The notes beneath the pieces were generated by a model. The model was not told where the DNA came from, searched no databases, and was given only the letters and a program-made list of their open reading frames with translations. The translations under genes and the position numbers were made by a program. Of a stretch of DNA of 42,196 nucleotides, positions 20,024 to 29,886 are shown one piece after another. Source of the DNA: Tannerella sp. (GTDB lineage: Bacteria; Bacteroidota; Bacteroidia; Bacteroidales; Tannerellaceae). Location of the stretch: contig JAISEJ010000119.1 of NCBI GenBank assembly GCA_031264155.1, forward strand, positions 1 through 42,196, in the 5' to 3' direction. Numbering within the stretch: position 1 is the stretch's first letter; every line of letters begins with the position of its first letter.

Positions 20024-21400
20024 ATGTTCAGCAAAGAGACTTACATAAATCGCCGGGCGGTATTGAAGAAAGCGCCCGCTTCCGGCCTGCTGCTATTCCT
20101 GGGTAACGACGAGGCCGGATGCAATTATGCCGGTAACACCTATCCTTACCGCCAGGATTCCACGTTCCTGTACTATTTCGGTCAGCCGTATGCAGGCCTG
20201 GCAGCCGTCATGGATATTGACGAAGACCGCGAAATCATTTTCGGTGACGAATTGACGATGGACGATATTATCTGGATGGGAACTCAGCCTTCCCTTCACG
20301 AAAAATGCTCTTCGGCGGGAATCGGCGAGCTTCTGCCCTCGAACGCAATCGCGGATTACCTGAAAAAAGCGCAGCAGAAAGGTCAGGCGATACACTACCT
20401 GCCCTCTTACCGTCCCGAACACCAGCTGAAATTATGGAACTGGCTCAATGTCCGCCCGGGCGAAGAGCGATTCTCCGTCGACTTCGTAAAAGCTGTCGTA
20501 AACATGCGCAACCACAAGTCGGCCGAAGAAACAGCCGAAATAGAAAAAGCCTGCCTCGTTACGGCCGACATGCATCTGGCCGCCATGCGCGCGATACGTC
20601 CCGGCGTCCACGAATATGAAGTAGTCGCCGCCATCGAATCAGTCGCCGGCGCGCACAACTGCGGCTTATCATTTCCCATAATAGCAACGGTGAACGGGCA
20701 GACGCTTCATAATCATTATCACGGAAACCCGGTTAAAAGCGGCGACCTGTTCCTGGCAGACGCGGGAGCGGAAACGGAAACGGGCTATGCCGGCGACATG
20801 TCGTCGACAACGCCGGCCAGTCATAAATTCACCGCCAGGCAGCGCGACATGTACAGGATACAGACGGCAATGCACGACGCATCGGTAGCGGCGCTTCGTC
20901 CCGGCGTCACGTTCGAAAAAGTCTATGACCTCTCCGCCGAAGTAATGATCGAAGGCTTAAAAAGCCTGGGCCTGATGCGCGGCAATACGGGCGACGCCTT
21001 GAATGCGGGCGCCTGCGCCCTGTTTTATCCTCATGGCCTGGGACACATGATGGGACTCGACGTGCACGACATGGAAAACCTCGGCGAAGTATACGTCGGA
21101 TATGACGGCCGCCCGAAAAGCAAGCAGTTCGGCCGCGCTTCGCTCCGCCTGGCGCGCATGTTGGAGCCTGGTTTCGTGCATACGATCGAACCCGGCATCT
21201 ACTTTATACCCGAACTTATCGACCAGTGGAAGTCCGCCGGAAAATTCGCCGAATTCATAAATTACGACAAGGTAGAAACGTATAAAGACTTCGGAGGCAT
21301 ACGTAATGAAGAAGATTACCTGATTACCGAAACCGGCGCCCGCCTCCTGGGCAAGCGCATACCGCGGACCGTTGAAGAAGTCGAGGCCTTCCGGGATTAG
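20024..21400 (+). CDS. pepP: Xaa-Pro aminopeptidase (M24B)
   Basis: YRQDSTFLY, LHNH, DAGAE...GYAGD, HGLGH.MGLDVHD, TIEPGIY and GGIRNEED. Confidence 0.93.
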   Translation: MFSKETYINRRAVLKKAPASGLLLFLGNDEAGCNYAGNTYPYRQDSTFLYYFGQPYAGLAAVMDIDEDREIIFGDELTMDDIIWMGTQPSLHEKCSSAGIGELLPSNAIADYLKKAQQKGQAIHYLPSYRPEHQLKLWNWLNVRPGEERFSVDFVKAVVNMRNHKSAEETAEIEKACLVTADMHLAAMRAIRPGVHEYEVVAAIESVAGAHNCGLSFPIIATVNGQTLHNHYHGNPVKSGDLFLADAGAETETGYAGDMSSTTPASHKFTARQRDMYRIQTAMHDASVAALRPGVTFEKVYDLSAEVMIEGLKSLGLMRGNTGDALNAGACALFYPHGLGHMMGLDVHDMENLGEVYVGYDGRPKSKQFGRASLRLARMLEPGFVHTIEPGIYFIPELIDQWKSAGKFAEFINYDKVETYKDFGGIRNEEDYLITETGARLLGKRIPRTVEEVEAFRD

Positions 21401-21422
21401 CTTTCACCCTCTCGCGCCTGCG

Positions 21423-22304
21423 TCAGAAACACCTTATGCAGGCTACCGAAAAACTATCGTAAAGACAGTCTTTCATTCCGTGCCTGTAACGGAGTGAAAG
21501 TATGTTTTTCCGGTATTCGCAGTTCAGCTTTATGCGCAGCTGCAAAGGGCGGTCGCCATTATTCTTGTATCCGTAAAATCCGGCCATATCAGCGTCAAGC
21601 GTGAAATTCCCGCACGTGCCGCTAACGCCGCCGGCGTAAAGTATCGCATCATTTTGCCGGTGAATAATATCGTTCGTCATCCAGCAGTAAAAGCCTGACA
21701 AGCCGTGTATGCGAAAGGAATATTGATTGTCGGGGCTTTTATATAAATAGCGTCCGATATTCAGGTTAAACCAGTATGTAGCCGCGTCGGTATAGCGAGC
21801 ATCGGCCAACCGGTTCCCGCTTGCGGTTTTAAGCGTAGCCTCAAGCATGACATCAGCCCATTTTTCGCTTTTCAGCAACTGGTAAAAAGAACTTACGACG
21901 ACGTCTCCATGTGCACCCTCCTCCCAATACCGGCCTGCGGCATGTCGTTCTTCGACGGTCGCCTGCGTCGTGTTATAATATTCGTATACGACATAGCCCA
22001 CTTCCACTCCTGCGCGGCCTTCTGCCACAGGAATAAAAGCCCTCGCGTAAACATCTTTGGTTCGATCCCCGTCATACGCATGATACTCCCCTCTTAATTC
22101 CACTTCCCACCGCGTCCCGATGCGTCCGTTGCGCAATTCCGGCATGGGAAATGCGTTGGGGCCAAAATAGCGTGGCGAATACTGCAAATCTCTCATGCTT
22201 TCGTGCCAGTCAACCTCTTGTTCCTGTGCAAATCCTTTGTTTGCCTCAATAGATGTCATTAAAATAACGAGTGACAGATATGCCGTTTTCTTTCCGAAAT
22301 TCAT
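21423..22304 (-). CDS. Hypothetical secreted, probable outer membrane beta-barrel protein
   Basis: Signal peptide ending GFA-Q, aromatic-rich alternating strands and C-terminal Phe. TATATTTG promoter at 22344-22351 on the minus strand. Confidence 0.65.
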   Translation of the reverse strand: MNFGKKTAYLSLVILMTSIEANKGFAQEQEVDWHESMRDLQYSPRYFGPNAFPMPELRNGRIGTRWEVELRGEYHAYDGDRTKDVYARAFIPVAEGRAGVEVGYVVYEYYNTTQATVEERHAAGRYWEEGAHGDVVVSSFYQLLKSEKWADVMLEATLKTASGNRLADARYTDAATYWFNLNIGRYLYKSPDNQYSFRIHGLSGFYCWMTNDIIHRQNDAILYAGGVSGTCGNFTLDADMAGFYGYKNNGDRPLQLRIKLNCEYRKNILSLRYRHGMKDCLYDSFSVACIRCF

Positions 22305-22685
22305 TCTTCTGGTTGTTTTGTGTATTATACAATTTTCGACGGGCAAATATACGAAACAACGGATATTTGCCAATAAAAGAACAAAAGATATTTATTAACA
22401 AAACGTAAAAGGGGTCATGTTATGCAGCGTTTTCATTAGCGCCTGCATCCCTTAAAACAAAGACACAATGCGGAATAATGTTAAAGATTATATAAATAGA
22501 TGTTTCTAACAGGATAACCCGTATATTTGTGTCGGAGAAAAAATCTGATAGATAACAGCAGGATTTGACAATAGTAATATAATAAATATAATTAAACCAT
22601 TAGTTTAAAAGAATGTCTAATTTATAAAGCACTATATAATGACAGGCTTTTTATTAAACGAAAATAAATTAGAGGAGGAACAGAA

Positions 22686-24137
22686 ATGAAAACAAAGAAA
22701 TTAACTTCCATATTTGTAATGCTCGTCATGACAGTCGGAGCATTTGCACAGGAGGAATTTGTGGATGATGTTTATTTCTCTTCGGGTAAGAGTAAAAGCA
22801 AAAAGAACACAAAAGTAGAAACCGTGCCGACCGCATTTGCGACATCAACTCCATCTGCGCCGCCTGCTCCGGCATTATCTGCCGCATCGCCGACGAGTGG
22901 GATGGATGTGGATGCATACAATCGCCGTTATTCCGATTATGAAGCGGCTGAAGATTTTACGGACGACGCTTACGTTGGCAATTATGTGCCGGACGACACG
23001 ACTCCCGTCGATGTGCGCAGCTCCGATCTCGAATATACGGAACGTATTATCCGCTATCATTCTCCGAGTAAGATAACGATTACCGGATCGGATAATGTGA
23101 ATCTTTATCTGAGCGAAGGTTATTATGCTTATGACTATGATACGTATGACGGAGGCGTTGATATTAATATTAATGTCGGTAACGGTTATGGCTGGGGATA
23201 CGATCCCTGGTGGTCTTATAATTCGTGGTATTCTCCATGGTACAGTTCATATTGGTATCGTCCCTACTGGGGCTGGGGCTTTGGCGGAGGCGGTTTTTAT
23301 GGCGGCTGGTATTCGCCCTGGTATGACCGGTATTGGGGCCCGTCTTACGGCTGGGGCTGGGGATACGGTTATTACGGAGGCTATTATGGCGATTATTACG
23401 GCAATCACGGATATCATCATCATTACACCCCCCACTATCGCAACCAATACGGACGCGCCGCAACAGGCGGTTCCCGTTCGGGCGGGCGTTATGCAAGCGA
23501 CTATCGTTCTTCCGGCTCGCGTTCGGCTGTCTCGTCGTCCGGTTCACGTTCAGGCGTATCGTCTTCAAGCCGGAGTTCATCCGTGCGTTCGGAAGGTAGA
23601 AGTTCCTCCGTTCGGAGCGCTAATCGCGATTCCGGACGTAGCACGTCTTTAAGGGAAGGCACGCCGTCAAGAACAACGAGAGAAAGTGTTGCAAGAGTAG
23701 GTTCCGGCAACGCTTCGTCACGTGAGGGTACCGTAAGAGCAGGCGCATCCACCGACAATCGTTCGAGTCGTTCTTCAGTAAACAGTTCTGCCGCAACGCC
23801 AAGACAACGTACATCTTCGTCGTCGGACACCAATGTTTCAAGGTCGGTTCGTACACGCAGTGTTACTTCAAGCAGTGCAGCTCCGGCAAGTAATCGTTCT
23901 TCGTCTGTAAGCAGGAGTTCGTCGAGCAGCAGTTCTTCAAGTAGTAATACACGTTCTTCCAGCTATTCATCGCCGGGTAGCAGTAGCCGTTCTTCCGGTT
24001 CGAGTTACTCTTCCGGTTCGTCAAGTCGCTCAAGCGGAGGTCTCAGTAGCGGCGGAAGCGGAGGCGGAAGCAGTCGTTCATCGTCAGGCAGTAGTGGCGG
24101 TGGTGGCGGCGGACGTTCCGGTGGTCGCAGCAGATAA
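22686..24137 (+). CDS. Exported low-complexity protein (Y/W/G-rich core, S/R/G-rich tail)
   Basis: Signal peptide AFA-Q, DDVYFS and DVDAYNRR motifs, a W/Y/G repeat region, then a Ser/Arg tail of more than 200 aa ending GGRSGGRSR. TATATTTG promoter at 22522-22529. Confidence 0.85.
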   Translation: MKTKKLTSIFVMLVMTVGAFAQEEFVDDVYFSSGKSKSKKNTKVETVPTAFATSTPSAPPAPALSAASPTSGMDVDAYNRRYSDYEAAEDFTDDAYVGNYVPDDTTPVDVRSSDLEYTERIIRYHSPSKITITGSDNVNLYLSEGYYAYDYDTYDGGVDININVGNGYGWGYDPWWSYNSWYSPWYSSYWYRPYWGWGFGGGGFYGGWYSPWYDRYWGPSYGWGWGYGYYGGYYGDYYGNHGYHHHYTPHYRNQYGRAATGGSRSGGRYASDYRSSGSRSAVSSSGSRSGVSSSSRSSSVRSEGRSSSVRSANRDSGRSTSLREGTPSRTTRESVARVGSGNASSREGTVRAGASTDNRSSRSSVNSSAATPRQRTSSSSDTNVSRSVRTRSVTSSSAAPASNRSSSVSRSSSSSSSSSSNTRSSSYSSPGSSSRSSGSSYSSGSSSRSSGGLSSGGSGGGSSRSSSGSSGGGGGGRSGGRSR

Positions 24138-24192
24138 GTTCGCAGTAATATGAGGAGGAATATGTAATTTATTGTGGAAATTGAAAATCAGT

Positions 24193-24216
24193 AAGGGGTG
24201 TGTGAAAGCACCCCTT
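24193..24216 (+). terminator. Intergenic hairpin (weak terminator or mRNA stabiliser)
   Basis: AAGGGGTG...CACCCCTT stem with a short U tail. Confidence 0.5.
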
Positions 24217-24237
24217 GTTAATAAAAAACAGAAGATA

Positions 24238-25881
24238 ATGAGAAAGATAATTTTATTTACAAGTATATTATTGCTAATTTGCAATATTGGTTTGTTTGCC
24301 CAGGGTAATCAGATAGACGCTTATACGCTTTCCGGCACAGAGTTAAACGGAACAGCCCGTTCTATGGCAATGGGTGGTGCATTTGGAGCTTTGGGCGGTG
24401 ATATTTCCGTTATTTCGAGTAATCCGGCCGGTTTGGGTATTTATCGCAGTTCCGATATTTCCGGAAGCTTGGATCTCTTGATGAATAAAACATCCACTAA
24501 ATGGAGTGGAGTTAATGCAGATCAGAAAAAGACGCATTTTGCACCGAATAATTTTGGATTCGAACTTTATTTTCCAACAAGTTCGAGTAGTGTCCGTAAC
24601 TGGAATCTCGGTTTTTCATATAACCGGGTGAAAAATTTCAACCGTCGCTACCGGATGTCAAATAATGGACAAAGTCATTCGCTGGCTGATTATGGAGCCT
24701 GGCGCGCTTCGAATGCCTTTGGTATCGGAAAAGGCATCACAGCGAACGAGTTTGAGAATACCCCATATAATAATCCCGATTTATCAGGGAACTGGCTTGC
24801 TATTTTAGGGTATGATAACTTGTTTTATCATTATGTGGGAGGTCCGAATGAATATCAGAGCGCTTTTGGCTATTGGAACAAAGATGAGACAGTCTGGGAA
24901 ATAGTGTCGCCATACAAAAATCATTTATCAGTGAACGAAAGCGGTCATATGGACGAATATAATATCGGGTTCGGAACGAATATTTCCAATTTTTTATTCC
25001 TGGGCGCTTCTTTATCGGTGACGGATATTAATTATAAATACAGTTCGTTTTATGAGGAACTTTTTGTTTATGATAAAAAGAATAATAAAGATGATGAATT
25101 ATATCTGGAAAACTGGTTGAATACGGAAGGCTCCGCCATATCCCTCAATGTTGGTGCGATCATGAACCTGCAGATGTTGAGATTGGGGGTTGCCTATAAT
25201 TCTCCACGTTGGTATAGTATGACGGATTATTATGATGCACGTTCGGGATCTTATATTAATAACAGCAAAGGTAATCCGAATATTGATGCATGGATTCCGG
25301 AAAAAAGCTATTCGGAATACAAGTTTCGCACACCGGGTAAATGGATTTTCAGCGGCGCTGTTATTTTGGGGCAGTCTGCGCTGATAAGTGCCGATTATGA
25401 GCTTATGAACTATCGGGAGATGCAATATTCATCCAAGAATGAAGATAGTCACAACCGGGTTGAATATGTTGCAAACGGATATATAAAAGATGATTTCACA
25501 TGGGCGCATACATTGAAGATCGGAGCGGAAGTAAAAATTACGTCGCAGTTTGCCGTGCGCGCCGGTTATGTGATGCAAACTTCACCCATGCACAAAAACC
25601 TTGTAAATAATAATGTAGAAGTCTTACCTTCGGGAACGATTCCGCATTTTGAGGTAACATCGGATCCGACAAATTATTATACTGCAGGTCTCGGATATCG
25701 TTTCACGCCTAATTTTTATATGGATCTGGCATGTGTGTATCGTCATAACAGTTCTCGCGTGTACGCATTCTCTAATACGTATGACGGTGTAGATGCAGGC
25801 AAAGTCGAAGTCCCTTCGACACCGGCAAAATTGAAAACGGAATCGACGCATTTGGCCTTGACGTTTGGATATAAGTTTTAG
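24238..25881 (+). CDS. OmpP1/FadL-family outer membrane transporter
   Basis: GTARSMAMGGAFGALGGD..NPAGLG motif and C-terminal TFGYKF barrel signature. Confidence 0.9.
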   Translation: MRKIILFTSILLLICNIGLFAQGNQIDAYTLSGTELNGTARSMAMGGAFGALGGDISVISSNPAGLGIYRSSDISGSLDLLMNKTSTKWSGVNADQKKTHFAPNNFGFELYFPTSSSSVRNWNLGFSYNRVKNFNRRYRMSNNGQSHSLADYGAWRASNAFGIGKGITANEFENTPYNNPDLSGNWLAILGYDNLFYHYVGGPNEYQSAFGYWNKDETVWEIVSPYKNHLSVNESGHMDEYNIGFGTNISNFLFLGASLSVTDINYKYSSFYEELFVYDKKNNKDDELYLENWLNTEGSAISLNVGAIMNLQMLRLGVAYNSPRWYSMTDYYDARSGSYINNSKGNPNIDAWIPEKSYSEYKFRTPGKWIFSGAVILGQSALISADYELMNYREMQYSSKNEDSHNRVEYVANGYIKDDFTWAHTLKIGAEVKITSQFAVRAGYVMQTSPMHKNLVNNNVEVLPSGTIPHFEVTSDPTNYYTAGLGYRFTPNFYMDLACVYRHNSSRVYAFSNTYDGVDAGKVEVPSTPAKLKTESTHLALTFGYKF

Positions 25882-25906
25882 TAAAGACTCATAAACTTTG
25901 TACCGG

Positions 25907-25943
25907 AAAGGCGGAGGTTGGTACAAAAACCTTTGCCTTTTTG
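25907..25943 (+). terminator. Intrinsic terminator after the FadL-like gene
   Basis: AAAGGCGGAGGTT...AACCTTTGCCTTT stem with G-U pairs, followed by Ts. Confidence 0.65.
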
Positions 25944-25962
25944 TAAAAAAAAGACCGATATA

Positions 25963-25995
25963 TTTGCTTATTCCGTATAAATGTATTTATCTTTG
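25963..25995 (+). promoter_or_regulatory. Sigma-A promoter for the ECF sigma gene (TTTG-N21-TATCTTTG)
   Basis: Both elements are present. Confidence 0.7.
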
Positions 25996-26077
25996 AGCCG
26001 ATAAAATTAATATTCAACTTTTAAAAACGATCTGCCTATAGCATACACATTACTTCGAACCAATACATTTTAAAGTA

Positions 26078-26671
26078 ATGAGAAATTTAAAAAATATGAC
26101 CGATGAAACATTGGTCGAATTGTATGCAGAAGGAAATAGTTCCGCATTTGACGTTTTGTTGAACAGATACAAAAAGAGTATTCACTCTTACATTTTCTAT
26201 ATAGTCCGTAGCCATGATCTTACGGAGGATATTTTTCAGGATACATTTCTTAAAGTGATTATGACAATTAAACAGGGCCGTTATACGGATAACGGTAAGT
26301 TTAAAGCATGGATTACACGTATCGCACATAATCTTATCATTGATAATTTCCGTCAGGAACGTAATGAGAATACAATTTCCAATGACGAAGTAGAAATTGA
26401 CCTGCTGAATGACATGAAACTGTGTGAATCGAATATTGAAGATAACATGGTGCAGGAGCAGATTTATCAGGATGTGAAGAAATTAGTGAAGCATCTTCCC
26501 GACAATCAGCGAGAAGTGCTTGAGATGCGCTATTATCGGGATATGAGTTTCAAAGAAATCGCGGACGTTACGGGAGTGAGCATCAATACTGCCCTTGGGC
26601 GTATGCGTTATGCGATTCTCAATGTCCGTCGTATGGCGGAAGAACATCATATCGAATTGTCGTTCACATAA
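26078..26671 (+). CDS. ECF-type RNA polymerase sigma-70 factor
   Basis: EDIFQDTFLK, FKAWITRIAHNLIID (region 2) and LP..QREV...MSFKEIA..TGVSINTALGRMRYA (region 4). Confidence 0.95.
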   Translation: MRNLKNMTDETLVELYAEGNSSAFDVLLNRYKKSIHSYIFYIVRSHDLTEDIFQDTFLKVIMTIKQGRYTDNGKFKAWITRIAHNLIIDNFRQERNENTISNDEVEIDLLNDMKLCESNIEDNMVQEQIYQDVKKLVKHLPDNQREVLEMRYYRDMSFKEIADVTGVSINTALGRMRYAILNVRRMAEEHHIELSFT

Positions 26672-26678
26672 AAAAAAT

Positions 26679-27872
26679 TCAGAAAAGAATCACATTACGC
26701 ATGAGGCTGGGGCGTGTTCGAGTCGCCCATTTCAGTTTTTTATAGGCTTCGTTGGCTTCGAGATAGGCCGGTTGCGGGATATAGATCGACAAGCCGCTGA
26801 ACTCCCGGATGATTTGCAATGTACCTGTTCCCGCCGAGTAATAATTGTCGGTATTCGCTTTATAAACAATGCATTTTTCGAGTGCGATCTGGAAATCATC
26901 GTATTGTTCGGATGAAAGTTGTTTTATATAGCTGCCTGAATCGAAATAAATTTTTTGATTGCCGAAGCCGAAACATTGAATACTCTCAATGCTTATTTTG
27001 TGGCGGGCTTGACCTGCCGTTTCCTGAAATTCGGAGGATTCCGCGTCAAATATGGAATGACAAATCACGGCTAAAGCCTCTAATCCTGCCGTTTCGGTTA
27101 CGCTGACCGTTGCCGAGCGGCGCACGTCGTTTTGATTGTCGTAATACTCGTAAAATTCTCTTGCAACGGCTATCAAGTCCGCTTCAGGCTTGAACAGGTG
27201 TCGCATCATGGACGAATACACAAATCCCGGCGCAAGCACTTCCGCGGGCGAGGCGACGATATAATCCGTTTTTTCCTTCAGTTCGTAGGCCACTTCTACC
27301 GACGCCATAAAACAGGCGTCGAAGATGATAAAGTCTAATTTATATGGGATTGCATCTGCAAAATCACTCAGTTCCATGTAATTGTACGTTTCGTCTGTCC
27401 CCTTGTCCTGAATGGCGGCTTTGAGACGCGGCGGCTCGGACATTTCCGCCGGAAGCCAGCCAGTGGCGTGGGAAAGGATAATCAGCCCGTACGAAGCGGC
27501 CGGGCGATGTTCTCTTGTTCGGTTCAGTACGCGGGTAAGCGTTGTGGGAGCGGCGGAATTTTCAGGCGGATATGTTTCGATGGTGTCGGCGACATTGCCC
27601 CGCAAACGGCTATGGTAGATATGCACCAAAACCGGGCTGTCGCTCGTATCGCTGTATACAAGCAGGTTGCCGTCGATGACCCCATTCCAGCTATCAGTTA
27701 GTTGCCTGATTTTTTCTGTGGCTTCGGGGTTGAAATTGTTGTCTGTACCGAGATAAAGAAGCACGGTCCGGCGGTCGCTTGCGGGAACGGTATCGTCCGG
27801 CAGTTCGTTTTGTTCGCAACCTGTAAGGAATACGAGAAACATCGGCAATATTATACTTATTCTATCCTTCAT
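26679..27872 (-). CDS. Clostripain-family (C11) cysteine peptidase lipoprotein
   Basis: Lipobox LTGC, RTVLLYLGTDNN, catalytic His in LSHATGW, catalytic Cys in FDACFMASVEVAYEL, and SGLSIYIP. Start placed at MKDRIS. Confidence 0.92.
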   Translation of the reverse strand: MKDRISIILPMFLVFLTGCEQNELPDDTVPASDRRTVLLYLGTDNNFNPEATEKIRQLTDSWNGVIDGNLLVYSDTSDSPVLVHIYHSRLRGNVADTIETYPPENSAAPTTLTRVLNRTREHRPAASYGLIILSHATGWLPAEMSEPPRLKAAIQDKGTDETYNYMELSDFADAIPYKLDFIIFDACFMASVEVAYELKEKTDYIVASPAEVLAPGFVYSSMMRHLFKPEADLIAVAREFYEYYDNQNDVRRSATVSVTETAGLEALAVICHSIFDAESSEFQETAGQARHKISIESIQCFGFGNQKIYFDSGSYIKQLSSEQYDDFQIALEKCIVYKANTDNYYSAGTGTLQIIREFSGLSIYIPQPAYLEANEAYKKLKWATRTRPSLMRNVILF

Positions 27873-27936
27873 TTTAAAAATTCGACCGACTTTGCCGGTG
27901 TTATACTTTACGCGGCATCGTTTTGTGAGATGCATC

Positions 27937-27999
27937 CCTGATTTTCCGATTGCCATCGGAAGTTTCCCGATAGCTGTCCGGGGGTCTCCGTACAACTCC
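27937..27999. repeat. Degenerate 21 bp-period repeat (about 3 units)
   Basis: CCG(A/T) cores at 27946, 27967 and 27988. Units 1 and 2 match at 12/21. Includes a TTCCGAT-tgcc-ATCGGAA hairpin. Confidence 0.5.
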
Positions 28000-28064
28000 A
28001 TGTGGGGAGTTCCCCATTTCGTCCGAATGCTTCACCATGCGGTCTACCAATGACGGCATAGCCG

Positions 28065-28147
28065 GAAGCAATCCAAGCAACCACATCATTGCGAACCCGC
28101 AAGGTGAAACAATCCTGTCCCCATCATTGGTAGGAACGAAGCAATCC
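28065..28147 (+). repeat. Cluster of (G/A)TCATTGCG...GAAGCAATCC-type palindromic repeat halves
   Basis: GAA(G/A)CAATCC at 28065, 28106 and 28138; CATCATTG at 28084 and 28122. Confidence 0.65.
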
Positions 28148-28180
28148 AGATTATTGTAACGTTTATTTTCTGACGACTCC

Positions 28181-29866
28181 TTAATAATGATAGGGGTAGT
28201 TAGCAGGGAACACTACGCGGAAGCCATTATTGTGGCTCACATTGTCGGGATCGCTTTCAAACCGACGGGCAGAACGGCAGTCCTGAGCGAAACTGTTCCA
28301 GCCGCCGCCGCGCAGCACGCAGAGGTATTTAGATGAAGCAGGGTAAAGGTAGACAGGATCGGCAACAGGATTGTTGCCCAGATCCATATAATACCAGTCC
28401 AGACACCATTCCGATACATTGCCGTGCATATCGTACAATCCGTAAACGTTCGGTTGATAGCGGCCTACATCCGTAGTACGACTTAAATAAACCCCGTACC
28501 ATCCAATGTCCTTATGACCGTAATCATAGATATATCGCCCATTAATATTCGCCATACTGCCGTCTAAGTATTTTCCGGTGCCGATGCCGAACGGAAGGTT
28601 CTTCCCGCCGCGGCAGGCGTATTCCCACTGAGCCTCCGTCGGTAAACTGCCGCCCACCCAGTTGGCAAAAGCTTTTGCTCCCCACCAGGTTACATTTATT
28701 ACAGGACGGTTTGCGCAGCCTGGTGCAGGTTCCCACCACGAGCCGTTCCAGTGCAGGCCCCAGTCGTAGGGGCTGGAGCTGGCCTTTATCCATTGCGTAT
28801 TGGCGTTAGTTCCGCTTCGACCTATATTATTTGCATTCAGAAACCATGCATACTGCGCATTGGTCACCTCGTATTTGCTCATGTAAAAACCCTCTGTCAG
28901 CGCTACCCGATGCTGCGTTTCATCGTAATAACGGTTCGGCTCGTCTAAAGGACTGCCCATCCAGAAACCCCCTGGAGGAATGTAAACATCCTCGATGCCC
29001 CTTGCGATAAAGCCTGATCCGTTTACGGTAATCGTATAGTTATATCGGCTGCCGCCGGCCAGATAGTTTAACGCAGGCGAACTTTGTTGAGATGGTATCC
29101 ATACGTAAGTGGGGCCGTTGTGAACTTTAAACTCGACGGTTACGCCCGCAAGGGAGGTTGCAGGCAACAGGAGGGCTTCATACTTGCCGTTTGCATATCC
29201 TGATGGCTGTTGTGTGCATAGCATTTCAACATTCGTTCGTGTGGTTGGCTGACTGAATTTCCCTGTCGCCAAATTGAAATATGCTTGCGTATTAATCCCT
29301 TTAATGGTTACCGTCAGCGCCGAAAGGTTGACGCTGCTCTCGCCTTTCTGCACGGTCAGTTCGAGTTTTGCCAATGCGTGACGGAACGAAAGGTTTACCG
29401 CGCCGCTATTCATGTTATAGCTTCTTGTATTGTTGCTGTATAACAGGTCGATAGCGGCAGAGTATCTCTGGTCGCGTACATCCACTGCGTAACTGTCTGA
29501 CGTTTGCCGATTTTTCCATGGATAGTAAGCGACGAAATTCACATATCTGCCGTCCTCCGGGTAAAAAAGTTCGTTACCTGCTGCGGGCGACAGTTCGCCC
29601 GTTACTGTGTTGGTTACCGTGTATCTGCGGTTGCCCGCATCGCCTGTCATAAAAATGCCGACGATATCGTTATAAACCCATTGCGTCTCGCCGCTTGCAT
29701 TGACGCTTGTGCGGGTCTGCTCGGCGGTTGCGTCTGAGACGGAGAACCGTATCGGCACACGCTCGCTGTCCTGCGACAATATGTCATCGTCTTCCAGTGA
29801 GCAGGCGGCAAGTGCAGGTATGACCGCCGCTATCACCAAGTACCTGAAATATTTTCCTGTTATCAT
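28181..29866 (-). CDS. Type V pilus tip-like lipoprotein: fimbrillin domain plus FGE-sulfatase/C-type-lectin domain
   Basis: Lipobox LAAC, QTR processing site, FVAYYP / DLLYS / LSFRHALAK pilin motifs. These are followed by F.MGS, YEVTNAQY, LPTEAQWEYACRGG, GLYDMHGNVSEWC, LRGGGW and GFRV. Confidence 0.92.
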   Translation of the reverse strand: MITGKYFRYLVIAAVIPALAACSLEDDDILSQDSERVPIRFSVSDATAEQTRTSVNASGETQWVYNDIVGIFMTGDAGNRRYTVTNTVTGELSPAAGNELFYPEDGRYVNFVAYYPWKNRQTSDSYAVDVRDQRYSAAIDLLYSNNTRSYNMNSGAVNLSFRHALAKLELTVQKGESSVNLSALTVTIKGINTQAYFNLATGKFSQPTTRTNVEMLCTQQPSGYANGKYEALLLPATSLAGVTVEFKVHNGPTYVWIPSQQSSPALNYLAGGSRYNYTITVNGSGFIARGIEDVYIPPGGFWMGSPLDEPNRYYDETQHRVALTEGFYMSKYEVTNAQYAWFLNANNIGRSGTNANTQWIKASSSPYDWGLHWNGSWWEPAPGCANRPVINVTWWGAKAFANWVGGSLPTEAQWEYACRGGKNLPFGIGTGKYLDGSMANINGRYIYDYGHKDIGWYGVYLSRTTDVGRYQPNVYGLYDMHGNVSEWCLDWYYMDLGNNPVADPVYLYPASSKYLCVLRGGGWNSFAQDCRSARRFESDPDNVSHNNGFRVVFPANYPYHY

Positions 29867-29886
29867 ATCATGTTATGTTTTAATTT

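Noticed and set aside
27873..28001. N-terminal extension of the clostripain ORF, and similar extensions of lolA, panB, hisG, fadL, tsf and mlrC
   Set aside because: The extensions run through repeats, promoters or neighbouring genes. Signal peptides or conserved N-termini begin at the downstream ATGs.
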